From Gemmatimonadales bacterium (GTDB lineage: Bacteria; Gemmatimonadota; Gemmatimonadetes; Gemmatimonadales; GWC2-71-9), in contig JBBCJC010000002.1 of assembly GCA_037189525.1 (NCBI GenBank), positions 194,286-258,285 on the forward strand: a stretch of DNA of 64,000 nucleotides, given 5' to 3'. The position numbers were made by a program, and so were the translations under genes. This document shows, in pieces, positions 59,001 to 64,000 of the stretch; the first letter of the stretch is position 1, and every line of letters starts with the position of its first letter. The notes under the pieces were generated by a model that saw nothing but the letters and a program-made list of their open reading frames with translations, searched no databases and was not told the origin of the DNA.

Positions 59001-59372
59001 GACACCGAGCGCCCGCCCCGCCGCCGCAACGCGCGGGGCATGCAGCTCCAGCAGCTCCGCAGAGGAAGTTTCCGCGATGATGTGGAAGACATCCCAGCCG
59101 CTCAGGTTGCCGCGGGCCAAACCCCCGCACACGGCGACCAGCGTCTGCCCCACCATCAGCAGGTCGTCGAGCACCGCCTCGGTCTTTTCCCGGCTCCGCG
59201 CCAGCACCTGCCGCTGCTCGTCCGTCAGCTTCGCACCGGTCTTGAGGCCGAGCTCGGTTTGGACCCGAATCTGCTCGGGGGAGTCGCCCAGATACTGCTC
59301 CAGCCAGAGCCCCATCCGATCGACCAGGGTCTTGATCCACTCGAGCAGACCGGTGTCCTTGTCCTCAGCCAT
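56010..59372 (-). CDS. Hypothetical 1120-aa protein, second gene of the giant-protein operon
   Basis: The start overlaps the upstream gene by 8 nt (ATGGCTGA). It has a helical-looking N-terminal quarter and a long beta-strand-patterned body with LAFGGFHPDFKDLPPGMPSSLARLGISP and FEILWWDISKSFDIDWGE. It is comparatively Lys-rich. Confidence 0.8.
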   Translation of the reverse strand: MAEDKDTGLLEWIKTLVDRMGLWLEQYLGDSPEQIRVQTELGLKTGAKLTDEQRQVLARSREKTEAVLDDLLMVGQTLVAVCGGLARGNLSGWDVFHIIAETSSAELLELHAPRVAAAGRALGVLTEDPEAVKQLALNRLLTAFTDVESDSPRLDWWAALTGIGLWKLAPRFEEPLKKLGLGLRVHYGWDPEPDSPTPLADLATGRAGTLVLHDLDNPELAVGLTIVPIPGSHGGGAVVSLSGSVGFDVGTGEHRFVVQTALADALNLLVSPVGFRAGTNPQAQLRVRWSQGRDKAFRIGSKTGSRIEINRLSVASEASSDGARLRLGAEEATLVLAFGESDGLLKNLSGAEVRSTFSTALVLDSSTGVHLEGGTRFVVRLPVATSKGRFSLHYLELGLEKGKGPRSLALTLAAGIAFPLGPFTAVVDRAGFRLDLALIGDEDDETPAHRIGGLGYDAGFLSPKGLGLSITKGPIKGGGFLWWDPAAGEYAGVLDIKFVKPQLKALVIISTKAPVGEERTTWSVLFLLFVQWDKGYPLFWGLTLNGVGGMIGLNHGADVPALQAGLKSGVLDDILFPKDPVADAPRILPRLRTAFPVSAESLTVGPFVEIRYLSKKLVTARLGIIAQIDGALPGEQEIKLARLVLFGTVSVVKPEPPAKPILQLKVDVLGHLDLVAKQFGLLAQLRDSKIGGLSLQGSFLLRIDWGETSAFLLAFGGFHPDFKDLPPGMPSSLARLGISPIKRGGFTIEISGYLAVTSNSFQIGFKGSAKAKLGPVGLEGKLEVDGLFTRDMFVLKVVIVARVTYKGRSLAGVDVAATLQGPGYWRLWGTATFEILWWDISKSFDIDWGEAAPPALDGSTDVAGLLAESLRDPGNWRAALPAGADELATLASGATPDAVPAHPLAALSFTQRVVPFNLTLQRFGETAVQGANRFDLAGLRIGSRVLQEPPVVTESFARSHFFDVSPEEQLSLPSFEPLPAGVAVGSPGFSAGPAVSGDLDYETFYLDLSGVQEPTRPRAWLRAELAELGALSTATVNWQAKAGAVARSPIRSELGGPAVAPRLAVTAPALAVVSAETLNAPAEAVVLSDAGIRSVSLAQAALGARADRAALRVVEQQEEA

Positions 59373-62025
59373 GGGTCAGCTCCGGATGCTCCGGTGCGCG
59401 TGCGAGCGGAAGGACATGTACGGTGACGTCGATCGGCAGCGCGGAAGCCCGATCCTCCGCGGACTTGAGCGTATGGGTCACCACAATCTCGTCCGTCGCT
59501 CCGGTGAACCCGACGAGGCCGATGTTCGACTCGAAGATGATCATCCGGGTGTGCTCGATGAACGTGAGCGCGGTGGTGGAGTGCCGAGCCGCTACCCGCG
59601 CATATTCTTCGAGCAGCGGATCGGGGTCGGTGTCGCCCGCGGTAATCGTCAGCTCGCCGCCCACCAGTTTTGCCGGCTGGATCGAGAGGTCCAGATCTTC
59701 ACGCGGCCTGGGGTCCCGTGCCGGTGTGATCTGCCAGGCCCAATCCGGCTTTTTGTCTGCAGGAATCGAGGTGCCCGCCGGCCAGCCGTCGGCCGGCACG
59801 ATCGACGGCCGCTGCTTCATGCGCACCAGGCGACCGATCCCCGGAGCCGCGCCGCCGGGTACCACGATCGGCGACAGCCCTTCCCAGCCCAGCCTGACTC
59901 GGCTGGGTATGGGCAGCACGCCCTGCAGCAGCCCGTGGGTTCGCACGATCGGCAGAAAACTCTTGGCCGCGGGGTTATGGAGCGCGCTCGCCGTGAGCTG
60001 CACGATCCGTGATGCCGCTTCGTCCTTGCCGCCCTTCCAGTAGTCGAGTGACAGACTGGTCCCGTAGTGCACGTCGCCCGACAGGATCACCACTCGCGGG
60101 TGCGTGGCCACCCGCGCGATGAACTCTTCGAACGCCAGTTCATTGGCCGCCCACGACTCGACGTCGTTGACGAACCGGCCTTCGATCTGCCCCGTCGGGT
60201 TGCACTCGGAGTAGTCGAGTCTGGCGGCCGAGAGCTTCACGTCGTGGACCGCATCGGCCAGTGGCTGCGCAATCTGCTCGATGATGCTGGGGCCCAGCAC
60301 CGGTACCGGCGAGACGAGGAGCAGCAGTTCGCGCTCCGGCGGCGCCGAGGTGCCCGCCGGCAGCTGGGTCTTGAGACTCTCGCCCAGCAGACTGGCCGGC
60401 GTCGGCAGCGCGTTGGGAAAGCCGCGCCGAGTCCTGGTGTCGAGCACGACGGTATGGTGCTTGATGCCTGGTAACTGATAGTGCCACTTGATCTGCTTGG
60501 TGGCGTCGGGTTCCGCGCCCAGACCCAGGCACTGATCCAGCGCCGCGGTGTCGGCAGCGGGGACGTGGTGATTCGGCGCGAGGACCTTGGCGGCCTCGGT
60601 CAGGAATGCGGCATTGTCGCCGCTGGCTGCGAAGGTATCGGGATCGTTGCCCCAGCCCTGGAAAATCCCATACGCCAGGAGCCCGTTCCGCAGAATAGCA
60701 CGGCCGAACGCACTCCGGTTCACATTGGTGATCCAGTCGCGGCTGATGTTCCAGTCGTCGGTCACCTCGTGATCGTCGAAGATCATGTAGGTGGGCACGT
60801 TGGCGAGCGCCCGCGCCACCTTGGGCACCGTCGACCGGAAGTTCATCACCTCTTTCCACTGCCTGGCGAGTTTCGGCGCCTCGTCCCGGGTCCAGGCGAC
60901 CACGCTCGGATGATCGCTGCACAGCTCGGGCTGGGTCAGCACGTCGGGTCGTGCCGTATCGGGGCCGAGAGCGCCGAGCATCTCCGTCACGCCGAGCTTA
61001 CAGATCGGACCACTGCCGGGGCGCGCCGGTTTGGGACCGGGGCTCAGGCAAAGCTCCTCCGACCAGGGGCGGTCATCGGGTGACCAACCGCACTCACCGC
61101 ACAGGACCACCGGCAGCGGCCGCCAAACACGCGGGCTCCATACGGCCAGATACATCGCCGCGTACTCCCGAAACGTCAGGAGATGATTCTCCGCGTCGCT
61201 GGTCGTGAACTTCGCATCGGACTGCAGCACCTTCGCACGCCGCGCAACCGGGAAATTCGCGATGTGCGCATCGATATCCTGACCTGGCGATGTCGGGGTC
61301 CCACCGAGGGTCAGCCGCTCGTGCACGACCGCGGCGTCGACATCGGTGCCGTTTTGCAGATCCGTCCCCAGCCCGCTGAGCATTTGGAGCAGGGCGCCCG
61401 CCACGTCGTCCGCATAGATCTGGTCGCCGGTGAGGAAAAGCTGCTGCGGACGCGAGAGCGGATCGCCTCGCGTCCGGCCGATCTCATCGTCGAGCCAGGC
61501 CAGGGCGTCGGGGCCGTACGCATGCGGCTTCCGGCAGCTCCCGTGCACCAGCTTGAGGCCGGCGATCGTTTCCGCCGAGAGCACGAACGACGGCAGCTGG
61601 CCATCGTTGTCGTAGCCCAGGCGTTTGGTGAGCGGGGCCATCGGGTGGACCCCCGGTAGCCGACTGTCAGGTTTTTCGTCAGTGAGCAGACCGGCGGTCC
61701 GCAGATCGCTCGGGACCCCGTCGCCCTCGAACCCGAGCCCATAGGAGTAGATAACCCCGGCCCGAAGTGGCGCCGCTTCCGCCTTGGCCGTTACCACCGC
61801 CACATGCAGCGCGCGCCCGAAGGCGACGGTCTGGAGCGACCCGGTGGCGACCGGTTCCTCTCCGGACTCGACTGAATTGGCGGTGTCACCCGCCTGTTGT
61901 TGATTGAGCCAGACCTTGAGGGTGACGGTGGCCGGAACCGAGAGGGCAATCCACACCGACACCCGCCGGGGATCGACCCGTCGAAGGATGGGACCCGCCA
62001 GGACGAACGGAAGTTGCGCCGGCAT
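59365..62025 (-). CDS. PhoD-like metallophosphatase domain protein (886 aa), first gene of the giant-protein operon
   Basis: The N-terminus GPILRRVDPRRVSVWIAL resembles the PhoD N-domain. The metal-ligand blocks are HGSCRKP, LFLTGDQIYADDV, MIFDDHEVTDDWN and VVILSGDVHYG. No Tat or Sec signal is present. Confidence 0.75.
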   Translation of the reverse strand: MPAQLPFVLAGPILRRVDPRRVSVWIALSVPATVTLKVWLNQQQAGDTANSVESGEEPVATGSLQTVAFGRALHVAVVTAKAEAAPLRAGVIYSYGLGFEGDGVPSDLRTAGLLTDEKPDSRLPGVHPMAPLTKRLGYDNDGQLPSFVLSAETIAGLKLVHGSCRKPHAYGPDALAWLDDEIGRTRGDPLSRPQQLFLTGDQIYADDVAGALLQMLSGLGTDLQNGTDVDAAVVHERLTLGGTPTSPGQDIDAHIANFPVARRAKVLQSDAKFTTSDAENHLLTFREYAAMYLAVWSPRVWRPLPVVLCGECGWSPDDRPWSEELCLSPGPKPARPGSGPICKLGVTEMLGALGPDTARPDVLTQPELCSDHPSVVAWTRDEAPKLARQWKEVMNFRSTVPKVARALANVPTYMIFDDHEVTDDWNISRDWITNVNRSAFGRAILRNGLLAYGIFQGWGNDPDTFAASGDNAAFLTEAAKVLAPNHHVPAADTAALDQCLGLGAEPDATKQIKWHYQLPGIKHHTVVLDTRTRRGFPNALPTPASLLGESLKTQLPAGTSAPPERELLLLVSPVPVLGPSIIEQIAQPLADAVHDVKLSAARLDYSECNPTGQIEGRFVNDVESWAANELAFEEFIARVATHPRVVILSGDVHYGTSLSLDYWKGGKDEAASRIVQLTASALHNPAAKSFLPIVRTHGLLQGVLPIPSRVRLGWEGLSPIVVPGGAAPGIGRLVRMKQRPSIVPADGWPAGTSIPADKKPDWAWQITPARDPRPREDLDLSIQPAKLVGGELTITAGDTDPDPLLEEYARVAARHSTTALTFIEHTRMIIFESNIGLVGFTGATDEIVVTHTLKSAEDRASALPIDVTVHVLPLARAPEHPELTHG

Positions 62026-62199
62026 CTCTCCCGCACTGCTAAGCGAGCGTCAAGATTCTGACCAGCGAGATCAGGCTACTATGATCGCGCCGATGACGAA
62101 GAACCGCCAGATGGCGAAATTCGGTCGCGCCGCGTTGCGGCAGGTTTGGGGCGGCGCTAGGCTTCCGGCCGATTAACCCCAGCTGCGAGCCATCAGACC

Positions 62200-63489
62200 A
62201 TGACGTCCCCGACTCCATCGATCACGTCTGTTCCTTCCCAACCGCTCCGCGTGGCCATCCTGGGCTTCGGCACGGTGGGGTCATCGGTGGCCCGGATCCT
62301 GGTCGAGCGTCCCGACCTGGCCGATCGGCTCCAGCTCACCCACGTCTATAACCGCGGCATCGATCGCAAGCGGGTCGACTGGCTCCCGTCCGTTACCTGG
62401 ACCGACGACCTGGATGTGATCTTTGCGGCCAAGCCCGATGTCATCGTCGAAGTTGCTGGTGGTGTCGACCCGGCCGGTTCATGGGTCCGCCGCGCGCTCA
62501 GCCAGGGCGCGTCGGTGGTCACCGCCAACAAGCTCATGGTTGCTGCGCACGGACCGGAGTTGTTGCGCCTGGCGGTCGACCATCATGCCCAGCTGCGCTT
62601 CGAAGCGGCGGTAGGCGGCGGCATCCCGCTGATCCACGGCATCAAAGAGGGGCTCGCGGGCGATCGGCTCTCTCGGGTGACGGGGATTCTCAATGGCACC
62701 TGCAACTACATCCTGAGCCGGATGGCCGCGACCGGCGAACCGATGGACGCCGTGCTGGTCGATGCCCGCCGGCTGGGTTATGCCGAAGCGGATCCGAGTG
62801 CGGACCTGGACGGCCTCGACGCAGGGGCCAAGATCGTCGTGCTGGCGGGGATTGCCTTTCACCGGCACCTCCCGCTCGACGAGGTGCCGCGCCGGTCGAT
62901 CCGGCCGATCAGCAGCGACGACTTCCGCTATGCCGCGCGGCTGGGTTGCACCATTCGTCAGCTGGCATCGGTGGAAGCGGCTGGACCCGACACGTTCCAC
63001 GCCTTTGTCGGTCCGGCGCTGGTACCTGCGCATTCGAGTCTGGGGCGTAACGATGGCGCCGACAACTTCGTGACGGTGACCGGGCAGTTTCTGGGCGTGA
63101 GCAGTTTCAGCGGACCTGGCGCCGGCGGCTCGGCGACTGCGGTGGCAGTCGTGTCGGATCTTCTCTCGCTTGCCGCGCGGCCTGGTCGCGACGTCCGCGA
63201 GGAGTGGCAGCCGGCGGCGATCGTGCCGCCGCCGTTGCGGCCGTACTATGTGCGGTTCGTGGTGCGGGATCGACCTGGCATTATCACCACCATCGCGGCC
63301 GCGTTCGAGCGGCACGGGATCGACATCGATGCGGTGCTCCAGGAGCCGGGGTATCCCAAGGATGCGTTGCCGTTCGTGATCACGGTGGAGCCGTGCGAGC
63401 AAGCTGCTCTCGAGGCGGCGCTGGCAGACTTTGCGGGCGCGGATTTTCTGGCGGCGATGCCGGTGGTGCTTCCGATCGTCCTCACCTGA
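62200..63489 (+). CDS. hom: Homoserine dehydrogenase
   Basis: 429 aa. It has LRVAILGFGTVGSSVARIL (Rossmann), NKLMVA, GILNGTCNYILSRM and LGYAEADPSADLDGLDA, plus a C-terminal ACT-like domain. Confidence 0.9.
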   Translation: MTSPTPSITSVPSQPLRVAILGFGTVGSSVARILVERPDLADRLQLTHVYNRGIDRKRVDWLPSVTWTDDLDVIFAAKPDVIVEVAGGVDPAGSWVRRALSQGASVVTANKLMVAAHGPELLRLAVDHHAQLRFEAAVGGGIPLIHGIKEGLAGDRLSRVTGILNGTCNYILSRMAATGEPMDAVLVDARRLGYAEADPSADLDGLDAGAKIVVLAGIAFHRHLPLDEVPRRSIRPISSDDFRYAARLGCTIRQLASVEAAGPDTFHAFVGPALVPAHSSLGRNDGADNFVTVTGQFLGVSSFSGPGAGGSATAVAVVSDLLSLAARPGRDVREEWQPAAIVPPPLRPYYVRFVVRDRPGIITTIAAAFERHGIDIDAVLQEPGYPKDALPFVITVEPCEQAALEAALADFAGADFLAAMPVVLPIVLT

Positions 63490-63544
63490 GACAGTTCGCC
63501 AGGTTAGGCCCCCGGGGACTGCCGTTGCCTCGCGAGTATCGCCC

Positions 63545-64000
63545 CTCCTCATTGGTCACTACTATGTGATGCTAAGCTCGGTAGTCGACGCCAGGTGTGC
63601 CGTGCAGGACACATTCCTGAAGGCATGGCGGCACTGGGATTCCATCCACGCCAATCTTTGGAGCGCACCTGGCTTTATCGGATTGCCGCCAACGTCTGCC
63701 TTGGCATGCCGAACCGGGCGAATCGCCGCCGTCACCGCCCGGTCGACACCATAGCTAACCCAGCAACGGTGCGCGACGACAGGACCCTCGATCAATAACT
63801 GGCTGAGCACTGGGTCGAACCTATCTCGGACGCGCTGGTGCCCTAGGCGAGGATCCGGCGGATCCCGAAACGCCCGCCATCCCTAAAAGGGAATATTCGG
63901 ATCGCATTCGTGGCCGCGCTGCAGTACCTGCCACCCTGGCAGCGCGCTGTATCCCTCCACACCCCAGTCCCCAACTGGTGCACCGTCCCCGTGCTCAGCT
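63545..64000 (+). pseudogene. Decayed sigma-70 family (SigG/TIGR02960-like ECF-type) gene: N-terminally truncated, one frameshift, two in-frame stops; runs off the right edge
   Basis: Frame 1 reads LLIGHYYVMLSSVVDARCAVQDTFLKAWRHWDS (region 2.1-2.2 pattern). Homology then continues in another frame: SLERTWLYRIAANVCLGMPNRANRRRHRPVD...Q(TAA 63796)LAEHWVEPISDALVP(TAG 63844)...NIRIAFVAALQYLPPWQRAV (region 4 pattern). Confidence 0.7.

Noticed and set aside
46641-62025. Whether the giant operon is a T6SS, an eCIS/PVC-like particle, a Tc/RHS toxin locus or a BREX/DISARM-type defence island; a phosphatase-superfamily gene raised the PglZ idea.
   Set aside because: I could recognise no sheath, tube, baseplate, VgrG, PAAR or AAA+ signatures, no YD repeats, and no methyltransferase, helicase or Lon genes. 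The phosphatase motifs are PhoD/calcineurin-like, not PglZ/alkaline-phosphatase-like. The AP-superfamily gene at 6224..7816 is an isolated exported lipoprotein.
62026-62199. Small ORFs and an inverted repeat (CTGACCAGCGAGATCAG) in the divergent gap between the giant operon and hom, as possible regulator or operator.
   Set aside because: The symmetry is only 4 bp per arm. The 90-aa track ORF 61904..62176 overlaps the operon's first gene and has shadow-ORF composition. The gap is probably just the two promoters.
1-64000. CRISPR arrays, tandem repeats, rRNA/tRNA genes, and transposases, integrases or att-like direct repeats flanking the two candidate systems.
   Set aside because: I saw no regularly spaced direct repeats or recombinase motifs on reading the non-coding gaps and ORF translations. 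The gaps are short, and GC looks uniform across both loci. No mobile-element call is supportable.

Overview
This is a high-GC bacterial chromosomal segment (about two-thirds G+C by eye) that is almost fully coding. A PadR regulator paired with an ADOP/FtsX-type permease, plus many exported TolB-propeller/amidohydrolase, peptidase and alpha/beta-hydrolase genes, suggest a Gemmatimonadota/Acidobacteriota-like soil lineage; this is inference only. I call about 40 protein genes. I see no rRNA, tRNA, CRISPR array, transposase or integrase. Recognisable housekeeping blocks are a lysC-dapB-dapA-dapD operon (20477 down to 16689, minus strand) and hom (62200..63489).

Most interesting observations:
1. 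A 15.4-kb, five-gene, translationally coupled minus-strand operon (62025 down to 46641) encodes proteins of 886, 1120, 993, 1510 and 617 aa. Only the first has assignable motifs (PhoD-like metallophosphatase). This is my best candidate for an undescribed multi-protein system.
2. A four-gene coupled module (28892 down to 24868) is led by a DUF4123 protein (T6SS effector-adaptor family). It is followed by a small beta-rich protein, a 625-aa candidate effector and a 418-aa four-repeat PepSY-like candidate inhibitor. The window contains no VgrG, PAAR or T6SS core genes, and an orphan PadR gene sits divergently next to the module.
3. A 1143-aa fusion of a RecB-like nuclease with an Upf1/DNA2-like SF1 helicase.
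4. A possible Lys-codon leader-peptide attenuator abutting lysC.
5. Two decayed genes at the window edges: a frameshifted permease and a multiply disrupted sigma-70 gene.

Caveats: the supplied ORF track uses GTG/TTG starts, often over-extends N-termini, and omits ORFs that run off the window. At this GC content it also lists many long antisense shadow ORFs. All family assignments come from motifs read by eye, not from database searches.
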